Shown here piece after piece: positions 1 through 12,782 of a DNA stretch of 58,439 nt (its first letter is position 1; each line of letters begins with the position of its first letter). Location: positions 1-58,439 of the forward strand of contig JAUCBJ010002871.1 of assembly GCA_032718475.1 (NCBI GenBank), read 5' to 3'. Position numbers and translations under genes: made by a program. The notes under the pieces were generated by a model that did not search any database, was not told the DNA's origin, and worked only from the letters and a program-made list of their open reading frames with translations. Source of the stretch: Nemertoderma westbladi. Taxonomy: Eukaryota; Animalia; Xenacoelomorpha.

Positions 1-1508
1 GGTCTTTAAAATGCCTGAGTGTTTAAAGCTCATCTATCCCATCATAGTAGACATGTACCGAACAACAAGAGTCCCACAAGAAATGAAAACAAATACGTTG
101 GTGCCAGTTCCCAAGAAGGGCAACCTAACACTCTATGGTTCTTTTCGGGGAATATCATTGATCTCGATTGCTGCAAAGCTATACAATAGAATTCTATTAA
201 ATCGCATCAGGGATCCCATTGAGAGACTGCTCCGTGGAAATCAGAATGGGTTCCGTAAAGGTCGTGGGATCATGGAACCCAATTTGGTACTTAGAAGGAT
301 AATTGAAGAGTTATCAAAAAAGAAAGACAGGCATCTGGCTGTTATCTTTGTTGACTTCTTCAAGGCCTTTGATTCAGTCTCCCGCTCACGTATGTTCAGC
401 ATACTTTCATTATATGGGATTCCTGATGAAAATATTGCAGCAATCACATCAGTATACGATGGTTTGACAACATTTGTGTCTACTATTGATGGTGACACAG
501 AACCATTTGAAGTGTTATGGGGTGTCCTCCAGGGAGACACACTTGCACCATTCTTGTTCATAATTGTGGTTGACTATGTTCCACGCATGTCCTTAGATCA
601 TCATAATGATGATGGGGTGAAGATAACTCCACCTACTGGCTCCAGAAGTCGAGGAAATCCTGCCAAGTACCTAACTGATCTAGACTTTGCTGATGACTTA
701 GGAGTACTCTCAGAATCATTAGAGGGAGCCCAACGGCTCCTCAGCTCATTAGAACATGCTGCTTCTAGTGTTGTTCTTTTTATTAACTCCAGAAAGACCA
801 AAATTTTGACAGTTAACTTTGAAAGTTCTCAGCAAGTCTCTGATCGGATGAGCATAAGCTCAAAGGATGGTATGCTTGAGCATGTGGACGACTTCTGTAC
901 CTGGGATCATTGATCCGGAAGTCAGGTGAGGACCTTCGAATACGTAAGGGAAAGGCATGGGCAGCCTTGAATAGGCTTTCCAGGATTTGGAAGTCACCGA
1001 TAATTAATCGGAAACTTAAGGTCCGATTATTTAGAGCAGCAGTAGTTCCAGTAATCCTCTATGGGAGTCCATGCTGGGCTCTAACTGCTGAGGACACCAA
1101 ATCTCTGGATGGCACATTCACAAGAAGGCTACGCCGGGTTCATTTTGTCAAGTACCATGCACACATCTCCAACCAGACACTATATAACATTGGAGGTGTC
1201 TCATTGGTTCCCCCAAGCTTGACACTAGAACAAAATCGCCCCCTCTTTGCAGGAAATTGTTTTCGCCGTGAGGACCAGCCAGTGCATAATCTTGTACTTT
1301 GGCTGCCTCATGGAGTGAATATGCATGGTGGACAGCCCATGACTTTCTTGAGACGCATCTTAAAGGACACTGGCCTTGAAGATGCGGATGATCTAGCAAA
1401 TGTCATGGGTGATAGGGAGTTGTGGCGGCGCAATTTTGTCGACAAGCCGGCACAGCATTCTTAAAAATGCAGCTGCAATGCAGCATGCCGATACTAGTAC
1501 TAGTAGTA
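1..1508 (+). mobile_element. RTE-clade non-LTR retrotransposon (family 1), RT and C-terminal part, frameshifted near 900, cut by window start
   Basis: ORFs 11-913 and 910-1464 carry LINE RT motifs (QNGFRKGRG, FVDFFKAFDSV, GVLQGDTLAP, FADD). A short 3' UTR ends in a TAG-repeat tail (~1495-1508). Near-identical to copies at 26082-27934 and 45694-48380. Confidence 0.93.
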
Positions 1509-2002
1509 CATCAATTACGTTACATACATTTCACACTGAAAGTATTTTTTATTACACATTACACATACACGTTCATTACACAACTTTAGTAATTATAATA
1601 AGTAGGCATAATATAACTACATATTGTTGTGATTCATTCATTATTGAAGCTAATTAATTTGGTATTTATAATTGGCTATAATTAAAGCTTACAGTACTCG
1701 AAAAACGTAAAAAATTTGCAAAACACATACTTTCTGCACCAAATAATTGACTCAATTGACCAAATAACATACAAGTGGACCAAAAAAAACAAATCTGGCC
1801 AAAATAAATAACAAAAAAACAAAACACATACTTTTTGCACCAAATAAGTTACTTATTAACCAAAAAAATACATCTGAACTCTAAAGTTATAAATTCGACC
1901 AAAAAATTAAAACATCAGCCAAAAAACACACATTTACAACACTAAAACACATAAATCAAACAACAATAGCCAGATATATGATATTTATTTCCATAGAATC
2001 GG

Positions 2003-2175
2003 TTTTTTCTAACCAAAACAATAAACGATGTTGTTACCAATTGAGGGAATGGAGCAGGCTACAGAGCCGTCTTTTCTAACCAAAACAATAAGCGATGTAG
2101 TTACCAAATGAGGGAAAGGAGCCGGTTACTGAGACGGCTTTTTCTAACCAAAACAATAAACGATGTTGTTAACAA
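2003..2175. repeat. ~66-bp imperfect tandem repeat, about 2.5 copies
   Basis: TTTTCTAACCAAAACAATAA(A/G)CGATGT recurs at ~2005, ~2071 and ~2140. Confidence 0.75.
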
Positions 2176-2287
2176 TATCAAATATAACAAGCGCGAAATT
2201 GCGCAAAGGTCCACGTGCCACGTCTACTAACGCATGAACTGTCTCCTTGAATAGCTTACTAACAATCTTACAACAAAACAACATTCA

Positions 2288-2363
2288 CCGGAACGAGGGA
2301 TTGATTGAACTCGGTACCTAGAGATTCCAAGTCACACGCTCTGCCAACTGAGCTCATGGGGCC
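2288..2363 (-). mobile_element. tRNA-derived SINE head or tRNA pseudogene
   Basis: Minus strand GGCCCCATGAGCTCAGTTGGCAGAGCGTGTGACTTGGAATCTCTAGGTACCGAGTTCAATC has Pol III A-box-like (TGAGCTCAGTTGG) and B-box-like (GAGTTCAATC) motifs. Anticodon and acceptor stems pair poorly. Confidence 0.55.
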
Positions 2364-2398
2364 GTACCAATCCCTAATACCAAAACCTAATGAGAAAT

Positions 2399-2450
2399 TA
2401 ACAACAACAACACCACCAACAACAACAACACCACCAACAACAACAACAAC
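2399..2450. repeat. (AAC/CAC)n microsatellite
   Basis: Direct inspection. Confidence 0.9.
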
Positions 2451-2753
2451 GGAGTGAATTCTAGAGGTCTCCTACGCGGACCTAAAAATATATATAATAA
2501 TATATAAAAAATACTTTGGGACGAATTTAAATATTTTGGTGCGAAAAGTACCGTATGTAATCTGGGAAAGAAATACGTACCTTTCTTGTACATTGCGTAC
2601 GGAAAAAAAACATGAAATTTGGGGCTATAGTTTTGGGGCGGTAAAAAAGTATATTTGGTGCGAAAACTATGTAATCTGGGAATGAAATAATTTGTGGTCT
2701 TTATAATTCTAACAATTAAAATTATCTAATATTTATTTTGTTTGAATTATTTC

Positions 2754-4985
2754 ATGGAGAATTTATGTAATCCAATAACAGCACAGCGGTTGCGTTCCGA
2801 CCAGTTTGTCCGAGTTTGGGCCGATTTCCAGGGAATGGTAATTTCTGGTGATCTCTTGTACTCGGATGCTTTGTTCTCCTCACTCCCGGACATTCGGACT
2901 CCAATCGTGGACACTTCTCCTCCGCTTAGAAACATACTACTGGAAAAGGACACTCAGGCAACAGGACCGGACATTTACTCACCAGCCTCGGACATTCGAA
3001 CACCAGACTCGGATTCTCGGACACCAGCGCCAGACGCTCGGCCACCAGCGCTGGACACTCGGACACCAGCGCCAGACACTCGGCCACCAGCGCCGGACAC
3101 TTGTGTACCGGTGCTGGACACTGGGAAACCAGCGCCGGAGAATGTGAATTCGGTGGACCTACTCAGTATCGGATGTCACGACGGCACAATAGAACGGACG
3201 ATATCGGAGCGACTGCGCCACGTTTACTTGGTGGAACCGCGGACGGAAAGTCTTAGTCAGTTGCGATGCGGAATGCAGCAGTGGCGGAATTCCGGAGAAT
3301 TATTGCTGGACGAGTCGGAATTCTCCGAGAACTTCCAGTTAAATAGCAACTTTCCGACACAAAAATTTCACGCGATTCTTCTCCCCCATGTGTTATATTT
3401 CTTCGAAAACATTTCGCGGGATCTAAGTTTCGTTGCATTGGAGATTTTAAGATAATTTTCGTTTGCGAAATTTTTTTTTTAGTTTATAATTTTTTTACCA
3501 TTTTAACGGATTTTTAGTTTTAAAGCGTTAAAATTATTTGTAGGCCCCCTACAATCAATCTGTACCGTACCAAATCACATACAGTATATTCATAACAAAG
3601 ATACAAAATTGTAATAGGTTCGCTTTCTGGAAATTCCACAAAAAACAAACTGTTCCCCAAAAATGTCTTGCTCTATATACAGACCGGACAGATCGGAACG
3701 GACAGTAGTCCGATAATGGTGACTGCGTAATTTACTTTTTTATGACACACAACGTAAGAAATAACTTTAACCGCGTTTAAATGTGAACTTAAATCAACAA
3801 CATTATTCCAGAGGGATTTTAATTACGATTTTGTATTTATTAATAGTAACTGTAAGAAGAATACATACCAATACATAATCATACCAATACATAATACATA
3901 CCAATACATAATACATACCAATACATAATACATACCAATACATAATACATACCAATACATAATACATACCAATACATAATACATACCAATACATAATACA
4001 TACCAATACATAATACATACCAATACATAATACATACCAATACATAATACATACCAATACATAATACATACCAATACATAATACATACCAATACATAATA
4101 CATACCAATACATAATACATATAACAATACTATATCAATTGGATCGATTAAAATGTTGAAGTAGGATTGTGAGATATAGTGGTCGGTCAACCTACATGAA
4201 CTATGGACTATCAAAGTCATGGCAGTATGCAGCAACTTGGCCCACGAGAAAACGTCTCCTAGAGAAATCTTCCTCTTATAAATAATTACAATTAATTGTC
4301 GACAAATTGTCTAGTTGAATATGAATTTGTAACCTTTACATGACTCCCGTTTATTGTTTTGGTGCACTCAACCCTCAGGACGTGTTCTATTCTCCATGGT
4401 CACCAAATTTACGATTTTCTCACTTCAATTTATATTTTGTTGTTATCCAAACTGGTGTTTCAGAAAAAAATAAGTTTTAAATTTTTTTTATAATTTTGTT
4501 TAAATCAATATGCATCCAGTCAAACTGAAAGATCACAAAATCTCCAATAACAACCATTATCCAGGCACCTCAAAGAATATCTCCATGACGACGGAGTATT
4601 TATTGTGATTCACCTAAGAGGCGACGATTTTGGGATAGAACCACTTACAGAAATAGCTCGTCGCTTCCTAACCGAGAACGTTGTTTACGTTGGTAACCAT
4701 AGATACAACCGGTTGCCCTATTCCAATTTCACACTGCGTGACGTCACGGACAGTCTCCTATCTCTGGGGTTCCATTGCACCAAAGACATGCCGGTAGAAT
4801 TTTGTTTCCGTAACTGCCCAACGGTCCGCGAGACAATAATGACGGTCTACACAGGTTTGGATATCGCGTCTCTCAGTAATAACGTAAAGGATTGGTTTTA
4901 TAGAGAATTCTTATCACTTTGTTCAGAATCGAATGATGTTATACTTATGAAACATTCAGTAGCTACGTTTAGGTTCTTAGGTTAG
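2754..4985 (+). CDS. Histamine N-methyltransferase-like class I SAM-dependent methyltransferase; exon 1 2754-3427, exon 2 4565-4985; possibly a pseudogene (donor is TT)
   Basis: Motif I LLSIGCHDG and VYLVEP are present. Joining exons gives HVLYFFENISRDL-RHLKEYLHDDGVFIVI, which aligns without gaps to human HNMT [29 protein letters not shown] (recalled from memory). Exon 2 FTLRDVTDSLLSLGF resembles ITSDDLTQMLDNLGL. Confidence 0.72.
2980..3140 (+). repeat. In-frame 21-bp coding minisatellite (PAPDTRP-like heptads)
   Basis: CGGACACCAGCGCCAGACACT-type units, about 7 copies, inside methyltransferase exon 1. Confidence 0.85.
3861..4120. repeat. 17-bp minisatellite (ATACATACCAATACATA)n, about 15 copies, intronic
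   Basis: Near-perfect tandem array; explains the spurious minus-strand ORFs at 3803-4235. Confidence 0.95.
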
Positions 4986-5638
4986 CAAAACTCAGTCAGC
5001 TAAATTTAAGTTATTTAGCTTAGTAAACACTCAGTAGCTACATTTAAGTTATTTGGTAACAGTTCCGTATAGAACTGCATTTTTATAACATAAATCATTG
5101 TTACCATGGCAACAGTGAAGTGTTTTAGAGCAAAAAATATATAATTTTCACTATTCTAGAACAAAAATAAAATAAAAAAATTATTTTTCTAGAACATATA
5201 GCTAGTAATTTTTTTAAATTTAAACTAGCTAGTAATAAAAACAAATTTACTTATTTATATTATTATTAAAAAATTTATCTACCAGTACCAAATTGTATCA
5301 TTTGTTAAATATACTAGCTATTTTAAAATTTAAAAAAACTAGTTATATGTTTTAGAACATTATTGTTTTTTATTTTATTTATGTAATATATGTATTTTAC
5401 ACTACCGGTATTCTAGAGCATAAATAATACAAATAATATAATGTTCTAGAACATATAGCTAGTTGTTTTTCAAATTTAAAATATCTAGTAATACAAAAAA
5501 AATTATTTATTTATATTATTTATTACTTTGAAAATTTACAGGATAGTAGTTAGGATAGTAAAAACTCAGTAGCTACGTTTAGGTTCTTAGTTCTTATTTG
5601 TTATTTAGCTTAGTAAACACTCAGTAGCTGCGGAAGCA

Positions 5639-5828
5639 GGACAATTCGGTCCCGGACAATTCGGTCCGGACAATTCGGTCGGGACAATTCGGTCCCGGAC
5701 AATTCGGTCCTATTAATTTTGTTTGGGACCGAATTGTCCGGGACCGAATTGTCCGGATACAGACTAGGACAATTCGGTCCCAAATCATACATATTAATGG
5801 GACCGAATTGTCCGGGACCGAATTGTCG
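5639..5828. repeat. Foldback/MITE-like element built from 15-bp units GGACAATTCGGTCCC in direct and inverted orientation
   Basis: Forward units at ~5639-5710 and ~5767-5781; inverted units (GGGACCGAATTGTCC) at ~5725-5754 and ~5799-5827. Confidence 0.7.
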
Positions 5829-6436
5829 GCGGCCAAATTTAATTTGTAATATATAATGGTGACTTTATGGTGACTTTAATGGTAATTTTAACAAGCTAGT
5901 ATTTTTTTGAGAATACAAAATTTTTACCTTTTTTGTTAACATGGTGTTTTTATGGAGCTTGTGAATTATTTACTAGCTATAGCTAGTAATACTCGATGAA
6001 TTTAAAATGTTTAAAACTGTTTTTTTTATTATGTTATGTGTGCATGTGTTGTTGGTTGGTTAACAAGCCTAAATTATTATCGTCGATAATAGCTACCGTA
6101 TCTCAGTCAGGGACACTTTGCTGAATGGGGATGGGGAATGAATTTGATTAAAAAAACGGCTAGAGTTCCGCTGTACTAAATAACACTACTGTTATTGTGT
6201 ACTGTTATTTAGTACACCTTGGCCCGTGCCAACATTTTCATTTTGCTCTAAAATGTGATTAGTTTACTACAGTAGCTACTACTTTTTTAATGTTAGTGAG
6301 AAGTATTCTATGATATTTCGAATTATTTTTTTGTTAAATAATGTTCTAGAACATATTATTTTTTGTTCTAGAACATTTTAAAAAAAATTTATTTTTTGTT
6401 TTCTTAACACTTTTTTTGTTTAATTAACATACATAT

Positions 6437-6687
6437 CTAGTAATTTATGTACTCAAGTAATAATTTATAATTATAGCTAGTAATTTATGTACTCAAGTAA
6501 TAATTTATAATTATAGCTAGTAATTTATGTACTCAAGTAATAATTTATAATTATAGCTAGTAATTCATGTACTCAAGTAATAATTTATAATTATAGCTAG
6601 TAATTTATGTACTCATGTAATAATTTATAATTATAGCTTGTAATTTATGTACTTAAGTAATAATTTATAATTATAGCTAGTAATTTA
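6437..6687. repeat. 40-bp minisatellite, about 6 copies
   Basis: CTAGTAATTTATGTACTCAAGTAATAATTTATAATTATAG repeated. Confidence 0.95.
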
Positions 6688-7896
6688 AATCAATAGCTAT
6701 TATTTTTTATTTGGTTTCTGAGTTATATACGTAGTTTTTTTTATTTTACAAATTTGTATTGTTCTTTAATTGAGTGTATAATTTATAATTATAATTAAAA
6801 GAACAAATATTCTAGAATCTATTTTATCGGAAATTGATAATAAAAATGTTCTAGAACATTTGGTACATGTTCTATAACTCTTACCAATAGAAAAAATCAG
6901 GCAAAAACCATTCTTTTTAAAAGAATATTATTTTCTCGAAAATTAATAATTAAAAATGTTTTAGAACTTTTTTCAAAGTTCTAGAACACACAATATATAT
7001 TAATATATACACAATATATATAGTAAAAAAAACTAGCTACCATAAAAATATATCTACTAATATTCTAGATTATTCACGAAAAAATTATCCCATTCAAATG
7101 TTTATAATATTCACAGCCTGTTAAGTTTCACATATTTTAACTCATTACTTACTATATTCGTTTAAATTATTTTACTTTCTTGCAAGTAAATCACACGTAG
7201 GGAAATGACAGCAATGGGTCATCAAACATAATGTTTAAATGAAGTAATGATGGATCAGCAAAAAGGCGAACGTGTTGAGCGAAAATTGTTTAACGTTGTT
7301 CAATATTGCAAATATGAAATGGCACGATGCCGATGCTATAAAAATATCGGATTGATTTGAGGGCCCAACTACACTTCATTTGCGCAAAGTTTTCCTTTAA
7401 TTTATTTCCAATTGTGTGGGGTGGGGTGGGGGGGGGGGGGCTTGGCCCGGTGCCCCCTCTTCTCCTTTGCTACGCCACTGAATATGTCCACTCGCCAATT
7501 ATACGGTAGTCTATGTATGTAGAACAGGATGTTACAGTACATAATTTATAACTATTTACGGCGGGTAAGAATCTTAGTGTTTCTTTTGCGTTTATCAATA
7601 ACATTGGGCGCATAATTCCATTCTTCTAACTCCATTCAATTAGTGTAGTAGTATATAGTATATGCTATATTATACTGTACATTATATATACAATTACATT
7701 ATATATTATTATAATAATTATATATTTCCTGTGTTTTATACAAAACGCTCTTACGCAGTGGTCGCAAAGGTTTCTTAGCAGCGGACAACCGGCAGTGGTT
7801 GGCCAAACAGAATTGTGATATAATGTAATAGGAGTAATACAATAAATATACAATTAATATGAATTGAACTGGAGAATCTTTTAGGCTCGATAAGCC

Positions 7897-9210
7897 AAGG
7901 AATGCCTGTTCACCACCATGGTTGATCTTCCACAGTAAACCCTTCCACTATGTTTCCCAAAGTAATGCCTGTTCACCACCATGGGTGATCTTCCACAGTA
8001 AACCCTTCCACTGTTTCCTAAAGGATTGCCTGTTCACCACCATGCGTGATCTTCCACAGTAAACCCTTCCACTCTGTTTCCTAAAGGAATGCCTGTTCAC
8101 CACCATGGGTGATCTTACACAGTAAACACTTCCACTCTGTTTCCTAAAGGAATGCCTGTTCACCACCATGGTTGATCTTCCACATTAAACCCTCCCACTC
8201 TGTTTCCTAAAGGAATGCCTGTTCACCACAATGGGTGATCTTCCACAATAAACCCATCCACTCTGTTTCCTAAAGGAATGCCTGTTCACCACCATGGGTG
8301 ATCTTCCACATTAAACCCTTCCACTGATTCCTAAAGGATTGCCTGTTCACCACCATGCGTGATCTTCCAAAACCCTTCCACTCGGTTTCCTAAAGGAATG
8401 CCTGTTCACCACCATGGGTGATCTTCCACAATAAACACTTCCACTCTGTTTCCTAGAGGAATGCCTGTTCACCACCATGGTTGATCTTCCACAGTAAACA
8501 CTTGCACTCCTGTTTCCCACAGTAATGCCTGTTCACCACCATGGGCGATCTTCCACAGTAAACCCTTCCACTGTTTCCTAAAGGATTGCCTGTTCACCAC
8601 CATGGGTGATCTTCCACATTAAACCCTTCCACTGATTCCTAAAGGATTGCCTGTTCACCACCATGCGTGATCTTCCACAGTAAACCCTTCCACTCTGTTT
8701 CCTAAAGGAATGCCTGTTCACCACCATGGGTGATCTTACACAGTAAACACTTCCACTCTGTTTCCTAAAGGAATGCCTGTTCACCACCATGGTTGATCTT
8801 CCACAGTAAACCCTCCCACTCTGTTTCCTAAAGGAATGCCTGTTCACCACAATGGGTGATCTTCCACAATAAACCCATCCACTCTGTTTCCTAAAGGAAT
8901 GCCTGTTCACCACCATGGGTGATCTTCCACATTAAACCCTTCCACTGATTCCTAAAGGATTGCCTGTTCACCACCATGCGTGATCTTCCAAAACCCTTCC
9001 ACTCGGTTTCCTAAAGGAATGCCTGTTCACCACCATGGGTGATCTTCCACAATAAACACTTCCACTTTGTTTCCTAGAGGAATGCCTGTTCACCACCATG
9101 GGTGATCTTCCACAATAAACACTTCCACTCTGTTTCCTAGAGGAATGCCTGTTCACCACCATGGGTGATCTTCCACAGTAAACCCTTCCACTGTTTCCTA
9201 AAGGATTGCC
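7897..9210. repeat. ~60-62-bp satellite, about 21 monomers, with a 621-bp higher-order repeat
   Basis: Monomer AAGGAATGCCTGTTCACCACCATGGGTGATCTTCCACAGTAAACCCTTCCACTCTGTTTCCTA. Variant monomers recur at a 621-bp offset (8041/8662, 8114/8735, 8227/8848). Confidence 0.95.
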
Positions 9211-10165
9211 TGTACGCGCTTTTGAAGACCTTTAGCAGTTTAACCTGCCAAAATTTATATGTCTTTTGGTTTATAAATAGACTTTAGAAGTTGACAAATA
9301 TTTAATACCAATAAACACAACATTAGCAGAAGCCAGCCTAGTGCGCGTCCATTCACCCGCTGGATATACCCGGGGGGCTGGATTCTGAGGGCTTAGATTA
9401 TTATTGCAGTGTAAGCTTACTGTATTATTCGATTGATCGTTAATAAATAATTTCTGACCAATATTATTCACTTTCGGGAAATATTAACAGTTCCTTTAGG
9501 ACGTGGCGCTCTATCTAGGTAAACAGAGATATGACTTATACTAATCACAACGGTAAGTCGGTAAGGCTTATGATTCACGTATGAGGCGCATTCTTTAGGA
9601 AATGCTTAGTTATCAGTCACAATCAGGCACACTACCGGTAACACACAATACTGCTCACTAATTTGCAGACCGTCAATGAATTTTATCATATATAAAGAGA
9701 ACAGCAAAGGACCCATGTAGTGCTTATCAAATAGCATTAAATTCACTACAAACCACAATAATATAAGTCGCAATCGCTATATATAACCCGTCTCTCTAAC
9801 CTGTAGTGTATCAAGAAAATTGGGAAATTTGGGTTCTTTATATATGTTCTCCAAATAATATTCAACCAAAACACAACAGTAAACAGCAGTATAATAATGT
9901 ATGTTGAACCGATAATGTAAGACTGAAGTGAGTTGCACTGATAACAGTTATACGCTCTATAATTTAAGCCTACTAATGTTTCTTCTAAAGTATGAAAACG
10001 AGTTGACTCTAGAGCCGGTGTTCCTGGCCTAGATAGAAACAACACAACAGTATCAAGAAAAAACAGTAAGACTGAACACTCCTAGTATGATCGGCCGAAT
10101 ATCTCCACATCGACAGAAAAAATCGCTCTGATTGGCTTAAGCTAAACAAAGAACCATGTGTCCAA
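9211..10165 (-). repeat. 3' LTR of element A, missing its 5'-most ~290 bp and the PPT
   Basis: Aligns to 19244-20240; sense end ...GCGCGTACA. Confidence 0.88.
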
Positions 10166-10169
10166 CCAT

Positions 10170-10620
10170 GTCGCTAGGATTAACACTCCTGAGAAATTTG
10201 CGTACGAATTTGGTTGAAATACATTCTCCGACGCGCTTCAGTAGCTCGTAACTCGATATGCGTGATTTCTGTTCGACCGAAGCGAATAGATAAGGATGGA
10301 ACGCATAAACTCCTTCGTAAGCGCGTCCGGGATAATAGCGATGGCGCGAATCACAATGTAAATCAGCGTTCGCTTCCCAAGCTCTGATGTAACGTAGTGT
10401 GATCATTTCATCTACGCTTTCCAAATCGTGGTTAAAAGGGCAATCGAAACTGGCATGTCCCTTTAGTTGACAATGGTGACATTGAGTCATAATTGAGGGC
10501 AAACCGCAAAAATATGCAAGTTATTGATTCTGCAATACGCGCAATAAATTTCCATCGCCGGTTGTTCGTGGAAATAGGAACAGCGGATGTTTGTGTCCAT
10601 GGGCGTAACATGGTCTCTCG
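10170..10620 (-). pseudogene. Accessory multi-zinc-knuckle ORF of element A (frameshifted)
   Basis: Reconstructed: MEIYCAYCRINNLHIFAVCPQL/MTQCHHCQLKGHASFDCP...WEANADLH...AFHPYL...FVRKFLRSVN; 1-bp frameshift at ~10490. Confidence 0.7.
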
Positions 10621-10756
10621 ATGCGTATAACTGACAACGTTGCCGAGAAACATAGTTGGCATGGCGATAATCGTACGCAGTGAGACACTGTGGACCTTGA
10701 TACCATTCTAGGATGTAATCGTTGTCGCTGTTCCGGGCGCGATAGGCTGAATCTCC

Positions 10757-11155
10757 TCAGATTCTAGGCATATTGGTTCGTCTTCCCAGTCTGTTACGAA
10801 TATAATTTTCGTGATCTATTTTCGGTTTATCGTTACGACTCCGCTGGGTATGATATTTAAATAGAACCATTTCCCTTTCGGTGTCTACATCGTCCGTATC
10901 ATGTAAATCGATAGGATGGCCGGTAGTTAGGAAGTCCATATACGTACCATTACGATGCGTATAGCGAGCGGTGAATTTTCGATAGTCCAATTCACGCGTA
11001 AGTTGCTCTTGGGACATCGGCGGTTCGATATAACGACCATCGTCCTCCGTAATGGTTGGATCGGTTTCACCGCGTATCAAGCTATCCACAAATGCTTGTA
11101 AAGGTAGAGTATATCGCTCCCTGATACCAAGATCATCTTCTATCAACTCCGTCAT
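10757..11155 (-). CDS. Accessory ORF3 N-terminal part of element A, unknown function
   Basis: First ~120 aa nearly identical to ORF 42418-42861 of element C; ATG start conserved. Confidence 0.75.
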   Translation of the reverse strand: MTELIEDDLGIRERYTLPLQAFVDSLIRGETDPTITEDDGRYIEPPMSQEQLTRELDYRKFTARYTHRNGTYMDFLTTGHPIDLHDTDDVDTEREMVLFKYHTQRSRNDKPKIDHENYIRNRLGRRTNMPRI

Positions 11156-12782
11156 ATCTGCTATCTGAGTTTATTAATATTGTAATGAGATTATGTTTAG
11201 GCGAGCGGGCGTCGCTGCCTACCTCTCTTTGCCCCCGGACAGTGGGATTCTCAGCGCCGATGTACCGTCGTCGCGGTGTTTACGCCAACATGTAGCAACA
11301 GCACGACAACGATAACCGGCACAAGTCACTCCACTGTCCGTCCCAAAGGCTTGAATCCACTTTAGGTTCTTTCTATAGGAGAGTTGGGTTACTTTCACAA
11401 TTGCGACTAGCTACTGTAAACACACCTTAGCAGTAACATTCACCTACAAACGCACAAATTCCACACAACTGTCACCAATTGTACACATACAGGCCATTTG
11501 TCCGTTAGTCAGTGCCTTCCAGAATGTCACGTTATTACTGTGTATCCTTGGATACTAACAGTGTGCTATGTATTCTCTATGCTATGCAATGGGACAAGCT
11601 TTCTATTGTTCTTTTAACTTGCTTCTAATTCTAGCGTGGGTGTTGCTATGGTGACATTATGGAATGCTAGCGGTAGAATTAGGGTAATTCTCATGCATAC
11701 AGATCTGGAATGCTATTTAATAGTAATTCTTTAATTGTCAATATCCTCTTTATACATGATTTTATTAATTTTATTGGCTATTGACTATATGTCGGAGATT
11801 CTCGCACTCTAATACACTCAATAGGATGAATCTCCGCTCCCATGATCTATTAATTAATGGAATTTTGGGAATGTTATAAATTGCACAAAACGACAATTTA
11901 TGAAATTCATTTAAAGTATGAATTTAAATTTATTCCCGTGAATTTTATTATTTGATGTTAAAATTGACACAATTTGATTCCAGAGCAGGTCTGGGGACAT
12001 AGGATCCTTAATTCTATGAAAATTGTCTTTTAAGAGTATCGGTAAGTGCTGCGATATCTTAATTGACTAGAAATTTAAAGGATCTGAATTTTACAGATTT
12101 TAATAAATATTAAATTAATATTTAAGATGGGCACCGATTTATTCCAGAACTTGTCTGGGGACGTTAACCACTGATTCTAGAATTTGTCTTTCAAGTATAT
12201 CGGTGGGTGCCGCGATATCTTAATCGACTAGAATTACAGATGGTCAAAAGGTTTAACAGATTTATTTGCGTTTCACGCTACTGTTATAGGGACATCACGC
12301 TACTATATGTATTATTATATATGGTATGAGAGCAATATCGCACGAAGCAATGTCAGTGTGAAGAGGCAAGTCGTTTCCAAGGTCTACCCAGAGCTTGGTT
12401 TAGCCGAGACACGAGGATCTGAACTTTGCATTCCTAATACTCTGCCTACCAATAATACTTGAATATAGTAGTGGCTTTATTGTACTTTAATAAGTACGAA
12501 CATTTCATCTTACTGTAGTCACGTATTTATAATATGATACGGACAGTAAGGAAAGAGAAAAATAATTATTTCTCGCCGTCGCACTAAATATATATTATAA
12601 GTAATTACGTACGTACTAAACACTAATATATTGCACTAATCTACTAAATAATCACTAAAATAACATTCTACTAAATAAAATTAAAGGAAACGATTATAAT
12701 AAAATTACATAATAATACATACATAAATATAAAATAAAAACAAATATAAAATGATATAGTCACACGCCCACTCCATATGTTA

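Noticed and set aside
3803-4235. Cys/Tyr/Trp-rich ORFs, likewise ORFs at 5610-5836, 7948-9162 and 51359-51577
   Set aside because: Translations of tandem repeats.
7420-7480. hAT-like terminus GCTACGCCACTG
   Set aside because: Only one end is seen; no partner TIR or TSD identified.
7665-7853. AN1-type zinc-finger exon (CDHCVRAFCIKHR, minus) or a plus-strand exon ending QTEL*
   Set aside because: No canonical splice sites or partner exons found; the motif is too short to support.
7897-9210. CRISPR-like array or hammerhead-ribozyme satellite
   Set aside because: No unique spacers, no cas genes, eukaryotic context, and no CTGANGA...GAAA core.
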